From contig CALSCO010000861.1 of the NCBI GenBank assembly GCA_943704415.1, positions 1 to 44,509 on the forward strand: DNA of 44,509 nucleotides, written 5' to 3'. The stretch's first letter is position 1. Each line of letters starts with the position of its first letter. Source of the DNA: Parvularia atlantis. Taxonomy: Eukaryota. Below, piece by piece: positions 13,887 through 25,449 of this stretch. Below the pieces are notes generated by a model. It saw only the letters and a program-made list of their open reading frames with translations. It was not told where the DNA came from and ran no database searches. The position numbers and the translations under genes are program-made.

Positions 13887-14897
13887 ATGCTGCGCCAACT
13901 GTACAGGCGCGCGTCGCCCGGTCCGTCCCCTTTGTCGCGCTCGTCGCCCTCCTCCCCTTTCACGACTCACCCGCCCGCACTCGCCACAACAGGCGCCGGC
14001 ACGCCGCTGGTGCTGGTCGCGTGCGGCTCGTTCTCGCCGATCACGAACATGCACCTGCGCCTGTTTGGTGCGCCCCCCTCCCACTCATCCGCGCCTCTCT
14101 CTGACGATGCGCGGGCGGCCAGAGCTCGCGCGCGACCATCTGCGTGAGCACGCGCCGCGGTTCGAGGTCGTCGGGGGCATCGTGAGCCCCGTGGCGGACG
14201 CGTACGGCAAGGCTGGGCTGGCGCCGGCCGCGCACCGCGTCGAGATGTGCCGCCGCGCCGTGGACAACTCGGACTGGATCGTGGCGGACGACTGGGAGGC
14301 GCGGCAGCCCGAGTGGACGCGGACGCGCGTCGTGCTGCAGCACTACGAGCGCGAGCTCAACGCGGACGTGCCGGCCGGGCGGCAGCGCGTGCGCGTGATG
14401 TTGCTGGGCGGCGGAGACCTGATCCTGTCGTTCGCGACGCCGAACCTGTGGAGCGACGCGGACGTGCGTGGCGCCGCCGTGCGTTGTTCGCGCGCGCAGC
14501 GGCTGACGGGACGGTGCCGCACAGCTCAACACGATCGTGGGCGAGATGGGCATCGTCGCGATCGAGCGCATCGGGACGGACCTGGAGCACGTCGTGCACG
14601 ACTCGCCCATTCTGAGCAAGTACACGCTGGTGTGTCGCTCGTCTCACGCGCAGGCACGCCACTCAAGGCGCACGCGCGCGCGCGAGTAGAACGAGCACAT
14701 CTTTGTCGTGCCGCAGCCGATCGCGAACGACATCAGCTCGACCAAGATCCGGTGCGCCCTGCGCCCTGCGACCTGCCCGCCGTCACTCATTCGCACACGG
14801 CAGCGAGCTGCTGCGCGCCGGGCGGTCGATCAACTACCTGACGCCGCCGGGCGTCGTCGCCTACATTCGTGAGCACGGGTTGTATGCCCCCAAGTAA
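13887..14897 (+). CDS. NMNAT: Nicotinamide/nicotinate mononucleotide adenylyltransferase, about 5 introns
   Basis: LVACGSFSPITNMHLRLFE; SPVADAYGKAGL; HRVEMC; WEARQPEW; PNLWS; NDISSTKIR. The start is the only in-frame ATG upstream of the domain; 13921-13992 is a probable in-frame intron. Confidence 0.93.
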
Positions 14898-14906
14898 CGA
14901 ACAGTG

Positions 14907-15671
14907 CTAGAACACGCCCGCGGGTATCCCCTCGTCGTCCGAGTCGGTGCCGCCGAGGGTGCGCCGCCACTCCTGCGCACGATGTGAGCCGGCGGCGCGC
15001 GACGCGAGGGCACGCACGTCGGTCACGATCTGCGCGACGAGCTGCTTGGCCGTGGGGATGCGCAGGAACAGGTAGCAGCTAAGCGTGAGGCAGGCCATCT
15101 GCGGCCGCGTGAGCTCTTCACCACGCGCACAGACAGAGGCAGCCACCTGGACGGCGAGGACGGCGACACCGACGCCGATGACGATCACACGGCGGTCGTG
15201 CACGTACTCTTGCACGACGACGGCGCACGCGACGGTCCTGCGGGGCGCGTGAGCCGCAAGCAGCGCGATCCAGCGGCGCGCAGGCACCACTCGGGGCGGC
15301 AGTTGGAGCCGGGGCTGTCGGTGCGGTTGGCAAAGCCGCAGCAGCCGAGCTGCAGCTGGACCTTGTTGCGCGTCTCGTCGGGCGCGAGGGCCCACTGGTC
15401 GTCGAGGGTGGCGGCGACGGCCGGGTAGCGCACGGCGGCGACGACGACAAAGCCGAGCTCGAGCAGGACGAGCAGCAGCGTGGCCGAAAAGTACTGCCCG
15501 GCGCACGTGAGCCGACACGGTGCCCGGCGCGGCGCCGATCGGCGCACCGCGACGAGCCCCGGGCGGTACTCGAAGAGGCTGAAGACGCAGCCGACGACGC
15601 AGAGCAGCGCGACGAGGGCGCCGAGCGTGACGAGGCCTGTGTCGCGCACGAGTGATGAGCACGGTCGATCG

Positions 15672-15710
<39 letters not shown>

Positions 15711-16168
15711 CAGCGCGCACCGGCCGCGAACGACGAGCCGGGCAGCAGCAGCTCGGTGTAGCCGGCGGCGACGAGGAACACGGCGAGGCCGACGGCGGCG
15801 GCGGCGAGGAGGAACACGAGCACGTTGAGCACGACAAAGACGCCGAGGGCGAGCCGCCAGCGCCATCCCTTGTGCCGGCGCCGGCGCGCGACGGCCGCAG
15901 CCTCGCGGTGCGCCGTGGGCGACGTGGCGCGGGCCGTGGGCGCGGCGCCGTGTGCGCCATGTGACGTCGTCGGCGTGCGCCACATCGCAATCACACGCGC
16001 CAGGCCCCTCGGCACCGCGCTCGCCGCGCCGCTGCTGCCGCCGCTGTCGCCGTGCTCGTCGGCGTCGTCCGTCGTCGCATCGCCCGGGTGACGCAGCAGC
16101 CGCTGCTGCGCCGTGCCCAGGTAGTCGTCGTCCCCGTCCGAGTCGTCGTCCGCCGCCGAGTCGTACAT
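14907..16168 (-). CDS. Tetraspanin-family membrane protein
   Basis: Acidic N-terminus, three hydrophobic segments, large extracellular loop with VQLQLGCCGF..SNC..C (CCG signature), then a fourth TM. Exon boundaries partly inferred. Confidence 0.8.
15675..15706. repeat. (CT)16 microsatellite in a tetraspanin intron
   Basis: Seen directly in the sequence. Confidence 0.95.
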
Positions 16169-16237
16169 CGCGTCACACAGCGGGTCCCTCTGCTTCTCGA
16201 CGCCTGTCCTTGACCCTCGTCCTGCGCGCCTCACTCC

Positions 16238-19200
16238 TTACAAGGTCGTCACGGAGAGGCTCACTCTGAACTGCGCGCGCCACGCAGCCCCCAGCGCCTC
16301 GACCAGCTGCTCGCGCGGGCGCGCCGCCGTGAACAGCAGATCCCACGACCGCCCTGCGCTCGACAGCGCCCCCGCCGGCTCGTCCAGCGGCGCCAACTCC
16401 GTCGGCTCGTCCTCAAACAGGATCCGCGCCGTCGCCGGCCCACGCCCAGACTGCTGCACGGCCATCACGTCCGAGACAAACCGCGCGCCGCGCACGACAA
16501 ACTGCGTGGCGCTCTGCGAAAGGCGCGCTGTCAGCCGCGGCCGCCCCGCAAGCACACACACACGCGCGCGCGCGCACCCGGCTGCTGTCGTCCAACACGA
16601 TGCCAAGACGCTCTTCGCACAGGTAGAGCCAGTGCGCCGTAAGCACCTTGAGGGTGCTTCGCGTGAGGGTCGCGCAAAAAAAAAAAAAGTGCACCATCCA
16701 AGACACGCACCACCGTCACCGGCCGCGGCGGTGTCTCGAGCGTAAAGGCGAGCGCGTAGGCGTGCATGAAGGCGTCGGCCGCGAGCGCGCGCGCCGGGTC
16801 GAGTCGCGACAGCACCTGCGCGGCGGCCGTGTTAGCCGGACGATCAGCCGGCCCGCGCGCGCACACACCTGCGTGCGGCAGTTGGCCAGGATCCACGCGC
16901 GGTCCTGGTTGAGCACCGACGCGAGCGTGCGCGCGGGCGGCAACAGCTCCGACAGCTGCCGGACGCACGGTGTGAGCGCGCGAGGCCACGCACACACACG
17001 CGACCTTGGCCAGGAACTGCAGGCTGAGCGTTGAGTCGCGCGTTACTAGCAGGTACCGCGTCGCCTCAAACAGCTGCCGCGCGCCGTGTGAGCCATGCGA
17101 ACGGTCGGTCGCGCCGTGTGCGCGCACCGTCGACTGGTTGAAGAACAGCGCGAGGTACTGGTGCACGGGGCCTACGTCGACGCGCGAGAGCGACTCGAGC
17201 GTGTGCGAGAACGCGACGCGGATCGTGCGCTCGGGCTCGTCGGCGGCCATGGTCGCCTCGGGCCCCTTGCGCACGAGGCCGTACACACCGCGGTTCGACA
17301 GGAGCAAGTAGAGCGCGACCTCGCGCGTGTGCCGCTGCGACAGGTACGACGCGCGGAAGAACGCGACCATGCGCTCGTCCTCGTGCTGGAACACCTTGAT
17401 GTCGAAGAAGAGCAGCAGGTTGTTGTGCAGCAGCAGCGGCGGATCGGCCAGCAGCGTCTCCTGCGCGTTGTAAGCGCCTTTGCGCCGCGCGCACGGGCCA
17501 TCCGGGCTGCGCACCCAGTCGGTATCCTCGACGGGCGCAGTCGCACCGAGCGCGAGCGCGTCAAAGCCCAGCATGTACGTGAGCTGTCTCCGCGCCCTGC
17601 AAGAGACCGTCGTGAGGCTGCGGTGCGCGTCGTGCGGCCTCCCCGCGGCGCACCCGCTGTCGCTGCTCGCTGGCGCCGCCGGGATCGCCACTGCCGCCTG
17701 TCCGGGCCCGCCGCGCCCTTCCGTGCTCGACGTGTCGGCCACGACGTACGACGACTTGCACGCCTTGCACGAGGCCTTGCTCTGCCCGCGCGGCCGTCAG
17801 CAGCAACGCACGGCGACACGCAAGCGAGCGGTCGCACCGGGTTTGGCACGTTGTTGGGCGCGATCGGCCGCGAGCACATCATGCAGCGGTACCGCGCGGC
17901 TGCGGCGGGCGCAGCGGTCAGCGCACGTCGCACGGCCAGCGCGCGCGCGCACCGAGTGGCGCCTGCGACTGCACTGCACACGTCTGCGAGTGCTCCGCAA
18001 GCATGTCCATCGGCACGAGCCCGCCGCAGTTCTGCGGGCGGTCGTCGTCAGCCACGCACGTCGCACCAGCGGGCGCGCGCGCACTTTGCACGTCAGCAGC
18101 AGGTCGCCGTTTGCATCGACGCCGTCCGCCACGACCGGCCTCTCCTCCGCGGCGCTCTCGGCGGCGGCGGCCGAGGTCGAGCGCTCGGGCACGTCGAGCG
18201 GTGACCGCCCCGGGCGCAGCGGCTGAGCGCGCGTACGTCAGCCGCAAGCGACCCAGACGCCAACGAGGCCGCACCATCGACAGCGCGCTCGCGCCGTCTC
18301 TCCCCGGGTCGTGCACCGTTGGCTCGGCAGGCAGTGGCTGGTGGAAGCGCGTGGGCAGCGAGGACCCGAGCACGTCGACCTTGTCCGCAGACCAGTCGGC
18401 GCTGCCGCTCTTGGCGCGCCGCTCGCTGCCGTTGGCCGTCGGCGCCGCCCCAGCCGCCCGCAGCTGGTCCGTCGACGACGACTGCTTGAGCCGCCTAGGC
18501 CTGTCAGACACGAGTGTCGCGTGCCGGTCGGCGCCGTCCACCGCCCCGAGCATGTCCGCGGTCGGGTCTTGCATCTCCGTGAGCACGCGCAGCCAGTTGG
18601 GCCCGGCCTCGCGCCGCATGTTCTCGAGCTTGTTGCGGAACTCGTCCACGCCCGGGAAGGCAGGCGCGGCCTCGGTGAGCGGACTTCCGCCAGACGGCGA
18701 GGCCACGAGCGTCGCATTAGCCAGGGCCGAGCCAAAGCCGGGCGGCTGTGAATGAACGGATGTGAGTGGCGGCAGCGCCCGCCAGCAGGGACGCACGCGC
18801 AGCCGCGGGTTTGTCTTGGGCACGCGCGGCGAGGCGTACATCGGGCTCGCGACGGGGCTGCGGTACTGGCTGCTGGGCGCGGCCGTGGCCAGCTGCGTGT
18901 TGACGCTCAGCTTGAACTGCGCCGGGTGCGTCGTCGGCGAGACGGGCGAGTCGGCCGCCGGGACCGCGGCCAGTGGCAACGCCGGGTCGGCCGGGGCGTC
19001 GACCGGCGGCTGCGGTGACTCGGTGCTGACGCTGATCGCCAGCTGCGGCGGCACGGGGCGCTGCTTCTGCTCGCACGCACGCGCGCGCGCGCGGGCTTGT
19101 CAGCTGCGCGGTCGCGTTCGTCTGCGTGCGCACCAGCGACGCCGGCTGCTGGAATCGCAGCGCCGCAGCCTCGAGCGACGCCGGCACGGCTGCGGATGCG

Positions 19201-20899
19201 TCAGCGGCACTGGTGCGCAGACGGGCGCGCACCGATCAGGCGCTCGTCAAAGCTCGTGGCGTCGGCGTCGTAGCTGCCGTAGTCCAGGTCCTCGATCACG
19301 ACCTCCTTGCGCACGTTCTTCTTGCGCCGGATCGAGATTGGCGTCGCGGGCACGATCACCGCGTCCTCGGCCACGATCGGCTCGGCCTGCGCGCGCGGGG
19401 CGTGAGCTTCGCGTCCGCTAAGATCGCGCACACGCACGCGCTGCGGCATGAGCTGCTCCGTCGTCGCCTCGATCAGCAGCTGCTCGGTCATCGTCGGCTT
19501 CTCACCGTCGAGCAACACCGTGTGCCCGTTTTTGTTGAAGTAGCTGTACACGGTCACGCGGTACTCCTGCGCGGCCGGCGTGGTCAGCGGCCCAGCCGTC
19601 GCACACAGCGCGCAGACGCACCGGGCTGTAGCTGACGGGGTTGCTCTGCAGCCAGAGCGTGGCGAGCAGCGGCAGCTCGGCCAGCAGACGCAGGTCGCGC
19701 AGGTCCCTACAGCATCGCGCTCAGCAGTGCCCGCGGCCGCGGCGGGCACTGATGACGCACCACAGGCAGTTGTCGCGCAGGTCCAGGCGCTCGAGGCCCA
19801 TCAGGCGCTCGAGGCCCCTGACCGAGCCCAGCTGGTTGTTGCGCAGCACGAGCGTGCTGACGTTGCCGATGACGAGTGCACAGTTCTCCATCGACGTGAT
19901 CGTGTTGAAGCCCAGGTTGAGGTACTGCAGCTTGGTCAGGGTCTGGAGGTTGTCGACGCGCGTGAGGCGGTTGTAGCTGACGTCGAGCGTCTTGACCTCG
20001 GACAGGTAGCTGCTCCGCGCCCGTGAGCGCTCTGTGTCTGCCTGCGCCGCGTGTAAGCGTGCCGCGCACGTAAACGACTCGTCCAGCCGCTCGGCAAAGT
20101 TGTGGCTGCAGTCGACTTGCACCAGCCGGTCCCACTGCGGCACGCGGCTCGAGCCACCGGCGACGTACTTGCCGCCGCCCGCCGCCGTCCCGCCCTTGGT
20201 CGCGGCGTCTTGTTTGGCGCGCGTGCGCCCGTCAGCCGTCGTCGTGCATGTGCGCGGTGCGCGTGTACCGATGAGGAGGTCGCTAAAGTTGTAGAGCGAG
20301 TTGTGCACGCGCAGGCACACGAGCTGGCGCTGCAGCAGCTCGAGGCCGCTGAGGACCTTGACGTGGACCTTGTTGATCTCGAGCGACGTGAGGTTGGCAA
20401 AGTGCCCGAGCTGCAGCGTGCCCTCGGTGACCATGCGCCTGCCACAGGCCGCGTGCGCTCAGCCGCGATCATCTCGTGCGACGTGCGAAGAGGGGGCGCA
20501 CCGCCCGGGCGAGCTGATCTTGAGCGTGCGCAGGGCCTGGCAGAAGCTGTAGAGGAAGAACAGGTCCTGTCGCTGCGGGGCGGGGGAGCGGTGTCAGCGG
20601 CGACCTGCGCAGCGGCGGCGCATCATCCGCGCGCACCTGCTGCTCGCGCCGCGGGCTGGCCGTGCGGCTGGGCGTGGCGGGCGACGGCGGGAACTTGCTG
20701 CAGAGGTACTGCAGGCTGCCGCGTTTGTGGCTGTGAGGTCGCGCCGTGCGATGCGCGTGTGCACGTGCGGGGCACACCTCTGCGGCTGCAGCGCAAACTT
20801 GACCTCACCCGTGCTCAGCGCGCCCTCGTGTCGGCGCACGTACTCGGCCAGCTGCGCCACAAACTCGTGGCCGCTGAGTGTCGTCGGCGCCGCCAACAT
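16238..20899 (-). CDS. Large leucine-rich-repeat protein, STK11IP/nischarin-like, about 20 introns
   Basis: N-terminus GHEFVAQLAEYVRRHE; LRRs (VDCSHNF, LDVSYNRL, LNLGFNTI, LVLRNNQL, LDLRDNCL, LWLQSNP); FRNKLENMRREAGPNWL; CxxC..CxxC cluster; PH-like C-terminal blocks (YLLLSNRGVY, VLTAHWLYLCEE). Confidence 0.72.
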
Positions 20900-21196
20900 C
20901 CGCCGCGCCGCTGTCACACAGGATGTGGACCACGTGGACGGCCGCCGCGGCGCTTGCTCACCGATGTGGGCGCGGCTAGCCTTCACCTTGTGCGCGCTTG
21001 TGCGACCAACGCTCGCTCAGCCTCAGCACGCTCCGTGGGCACGTCGACGAGGCAGTGCTGCGCGACGGCAAGGCGCGGCGGGCGGCCAACGCAAGAGCCG
21101 AACCGGTGTACAGCAGTTGCCACTGGCACTGCAACGATCGCAACGGTTTCGCAGTGCGCCGACAGGTGTGGACGCGGAGAGAGAGAGAGAGAGAGG

Positions 21197-23276
21197 ATGG
21201 ACGTCGCGAGCAGCGCCGACGACGAGATCAAGCGCCTCGAGGAGCTGCTGATGGGCGGGGCGACGGCGGCCGATGTGCCCGCGCCCGCGCCTGTGCTGCA
21301 GCAGCAGCCGCCTCCGCAGCAGCAGATGCAGCAGATGCAGCGGGTGCTCGCGCCGCGCACGCCGACGCGCGGCAACGAGGGCGTGGTGGCCGGTGCGCGC
21401 TCGCTGAGCCGGTGCGCGCGTCCGCGGGGCGGCTGAGCGGGCGCGGCGCCAGGCGTCGACATCGACCGGCTGCGGCTGTGGGTGCAGAGCACGGACATGA
21501 AGGACGCGTTCAAAAAGTCGATCGACAACTACATCGACCAGTTCAAGGCGCGCCGCTGGCCCAGCCGCTTGCACCGCCCCGCTCATCGTGCGCACGCGGC
21601 AGATCGCGCCCGACGCGCGGCGCCTCGCCAGCAGCATCTTCGCCAAGGCTGGCAAGATGCGCTTCTACGCGAACGACCGCGGCTGCTACCGCTTTTTCCC
21701 AACGGAGGCGTACCCGCAGACGGGCGCGGTGCGTGCGCCGGTGGGCCCTGCCGCTCGTGCTCAGCACGTCGTGCGCAGCCGGTGTCACCGAGCCTGCACC
21801 TGCCGCAGTACGCGCAGATCGCGCGGCCCGCGGCGCCGATGTCGACCATGCCGAGCGTGCACGGGTCATCCGCGGCAGCGATCGCGTCGCTGCAGGCGGC
21901 CACGGCGGCGCTGCCGTCAGCCGGCAGGGCGGCCGGCATGACGGCCGGCATGGCTCCTGGTTTGCTCAAGCGGCCCGCGCCCATGACGCCGACGATGCCT
22001 GGGCAAATGCAAACGTGCGCACGCCGCACCGCCCGATGCGCCGTCCTCACACTCGCGCACAGGGCCATGGACGCCGCCGCCAAGCGCCCGCGCATGGACG
22101 GGATGTCATCGTCGAGCATGATGGCGGGCATGCTGGCCGCGGCGCACGGGACGCAGTTCCAGCCAAGGTGTGTGCGCTCGCTGAGCTGCCGCGTCGCCTC
22201 CTGCCGCTGAGCGCGCACGCAGACCGACGCAGTCGCCCGGGATGGCGCACGCGGCGCAGCTGCTCGGGCGGCCGCTGCTGGTGGCCGGCTCGCCGCTGCG
22301 GCCCGGCATGCCGCAGCCCGGGCAAGTGCAGCAACAGCTGCAGCAACAGCTGCAGCAACAGCAGCAGCAACAGCTGCAGCAACAACCGGCACCACCGGCC
22401 GCGCCCGTCGAGCCCGAGTCGCCGCCGGCCGCGTCGCCGCCGCCCGAGAGCACGCTGCGCACGGACGTCAACAAGCTGATGGACGTGTTCCAGTTTGCCG
22501 ACATTGAGTCGGAAAACGAGAAGATGCTGCCGACGCTGAACGAGGGCGGGGCGCCGCTCGAGCCCGACACGGGCGACCGCATCCAGCTCGACATGGAGCA
22601 CATCGAGGCGATCGTGACCAAGCGCGCCAAGGCCGCCGGCGTCAAGACCGTGCACGCCGAGGTGCTCGAGCTGATCGCGCAGGCGGCGCAGCAGCGGCTG
22701 CGCGACATCCTCGAGGAGCTGTCGCTGATTTGCCGGCACCGCGTCGAGGCGGCCAAGCTCGAGCAGAGCGTGGCGGTGACGAGCAACCCGCAGCGGCAGA
22801 TGTGGCTGCTCGAGCAGGTCGCGCGGCGGCAGGCCGAGGAGGCGCAGGTGCGTCTGCGCGCATCCTACATGTGACGTGCTGACCGGCACCGGCACCGGCA
22901 GCGGCTCAACCCGGGCGCGGCCCAGCGCGAGGACATGGTGGTGTGCGCCGTCGTCGCCCCGAGGTCACTCACTGCTGTGCTGACCCACGCTTGCACGCGA
23001 CAGTTCCGCGCGCAGCAGGCCAATGCGACGGCACTCAGCGTGGTCGGCGTGCAGCGCGCGTGGCAGACGGCCAAGCCAGCGGGCGCGGCGGCTACGGGCG
23101 CGGTCGTGACGGACGCCGAGGTGGCGACGCAGGCGGCGCGTGCGCGGCAGCGCGCCCGGCACGACGTGCTGCACCGCCGTCTGACGCTGGCCGACCTGCT
23201 GTTCTTCCTCGAGCACGAGCCACCGCTGCGCAAGTCGCGGGCGCTGTACCGGGCGTACCTCCGGATGGGCGCCTGA
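21197..23276 (+). CDS. TAF4: TFIID subunit TAF4, about 9 introns
   Basis: Q/P-rich linker; histone fold DVNKLMDVFQFADI..EVLELIAQAAQQRLRDILEELSLICRHR; C-terminal ANATALSVVG..RLTLADLLFFLEHE..KSRALYRAY. Confidence 0.88.
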
Positions 23277-23332
23277 TAAGTGTGCCGGTGAAGGTTCAAA
23301 TTGTACGCGATTCGCGCGTCACGGTAGCCATC

Positions 23333-24605
23333 ATGCCCGAGGCCAAGCACACGTCGAGCGCGACCAAGTGTGGCCGGAGGGTGCACCACGCGGCGTCCGA
23401 CTGATGCCGCATCGTCGCAGGTTCCTCATCGGCGGCCTGTCGGGGATGGGCGCGACGCTGGTGGTGCAGCCGATGGTGCGCACCCGTGCCCGCACCGTGC
23501 TGCGCGCCCCCCTCAGCCCGCGGCGCAGGACAAGGTCAAGACGCTGCGGCAGCTGTCGACGGGCCGCGCGTCGACGCTCGAGGTGCTGCTGGGCGTCGTG
23601 CGGTCGGACGGCGTGCGCTCGCTCTACGCCGGGTGCGCGCGCCGCGACCGATTGCAGCAGGCAGCGCTCACGCGACCGCCGGCTAGGCTCACGGCCGGGC
23701 TGCTGCGCCAGGCCACGTACACGACGACGCGCCTGGGCGTGTACAACACGCTCGAGGAGCGCTTCACGGGCAAGGACGGGCGCCCGCCCAACTTTGGGAT
23801 GAAGGTGCACCGCCCGCTCGCCCGCCCGTGGGCCGCGCTCACGCAGCGCCCAGGCGGTCATGGGCATGACGGCCGGCGCCGTCGGCTCGCTCGTCGGCAA
23901 CCCGGCCGAGGTCGCGCTCGTGCGCATGATGTCCGACAGCCGTCTGCCGCTGGACCAGCGCCGCGGCTACAAGAACGTCGTTGACGCGCTCGTGCGGGTC
24001 GTGCGCGAGGAGGGCGTGCTGACGCTGTGGCGCGGGGCCACGCCGACGGTCGTGCGCGCGATGGTGCTCAACATGGCCCAGGTGCGCCGCGCCGCGCCGT
24101 GTGCCTGCTCTGGCGTGCGCGCCGCAAACCAGCGCCCGGCGTCGGCAGCTCGCATCCTACTCCCAGGCCAAGGAGGTCCTCGTCAAGTCGGGCCTGTTCA
24201 CGGACGGCGTGCCCCTGCACCTGACCGCGAGCACGTGCTCGGGCGTGATCGCGACGCTGGCGTCAATGCCGATCGACCTGGCCAAGTCCAAGGTACGTGT
24301 GCTGCTGCCCGGCGCAGCTGTCGGGCTGCTGACCGCGCGGCGCCGCAGATCCAGACGATGAAGGTGGTCAACGGCGTGCCAGAGTACAGCGGCAGCATCG
24401 ACGTCGTGCGCAAGACGATCCAGAACGAGGGCTTCTTCAAGCTGTGGAAGGGTGCGTGCGCAGCTGGGCCCGGGCCGTGCGTGTGCTCACGCGGCGGCGA
24501 TGACCAGGCGCCTTTGCGTTTGGCGCGCGCCTGATACCGCACACGATCCTCACATTCCTGATCCAGGAGCAGCTGACAAAGCTGGCACGGACGTACATGC
24601 GCTGA
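23333..24605 (+). CDS. Mitochondrial carrier, 2-oxoglutarate/malate (SLC25A11/DIC-like), 7 introns
   Basis: KFLIGGLSGMGATLVVQPMDKVKT; GLLRQATYTTTRLGVY; VGNPAEVALVRMMSDSRLP..RRGYKNVVDAL; LWRGATPTVVRAMVLNMAQLASYSQAK; SMPIDLAKSKIQ. Confidence 0.93.
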
Positions 24606-24648
24606 GCGCACGCAGGGGGAGGGAGCACTTTAGTACACGTTTTGCATA

Positions 24649-24650
<2 letters not shown>

Positions 24651-24690
<40 letters not shown>
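24651..24690. repeat. (GT)20 microsatellite abutting the calcipressin stop codon
   Basis: Seen directly; it fills about half of the 86-nt convergent gap. Confidence 0.95.
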
Positions 24691-24691
<1 letters not shown>

Positions 24692-25388
24692 TCAGGCGGG
24701 CAAGGGCGGGCGCCTCGTCTGCGGGATGCGCGGCCGTGCTAGGGTGGCGTCGGACGCGCCGTCGCCGGTCAGGTCGACCACCACGCCCTCGTCCTCCTGC
24801 TGCGGCGCCGCGTGCTCGTCAAAGTCCACGTCCTCGACCACGATGCTCGGGAGGTCGTTGGCCGCGGCGAGGATCTCGAGCTGGCGCAGCCGCCGCATCG
24901 TCTCGTCAACGAGGTCGTTCGCGTGCTGCGCGACGGGCGGCGGCTCGAGCGCGGGCTCCCAGCCCTCGGGCGGCGACGGCGGCGGCGACGTGAAGAACGC
25001 CTTTGGGTTGGGTGGCGGCGCGAGCAGCGATGCGGCGGGCAGGGCGAGCGGCGTGTTCTGCGGTTCGCCGCGCTGTCAGCCGACAGTGTCTGCGCGTGAC
25101 GCACACGTGCGGATGACCCGCCTCGGCCAACGACACGACGAGCCGCGAGCCGCGCGTGAGCCGTGCGCCGTGCAGCGTCGCACGCGCAAACGCCGCGCTG
25201 TCGGCGTCCTCAAACACGACGACGGCGCGGCGCAGGCTCTTGAACAGGACGTAGCTGACGACCGATCCGCAGCGCGCGAAGCGCTGGTGCACCTCGTCGA
25301 GATCGCCACCGTCGTGCGCCGCGTCCTCGCAGGGCATGACCTTGGCCACGACCGTGTTTGACGCCGCGCTCGGCAGCGGCTGCGACAT
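24692..25388 (-). CDS. RCAN: Calcipressin / regulator of calcineurin, 1 intron
   Basis: RRM-like FKSLRRAVVVF; AFFTSPPPSPPEGWE (FLISPPxSPP variant); PxIxIT-like PSIVVE; C-terminal PQTRRPP (TxxP). Confidence 0.9.
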
Positions 25389-25449
25389 CCGATGCGACGC
25401 GGGCCTCTACAACACGCTAACTAATCAAAAAGATGTGTGACGCGACACC

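Noticed and set aside
16676..16688. A13 run as a retro-insertion poly(A) tail
   Set aside because: It is a T-run inside a normal-sized intron of the - strand LRR gene, with no target-site duplication or element body.
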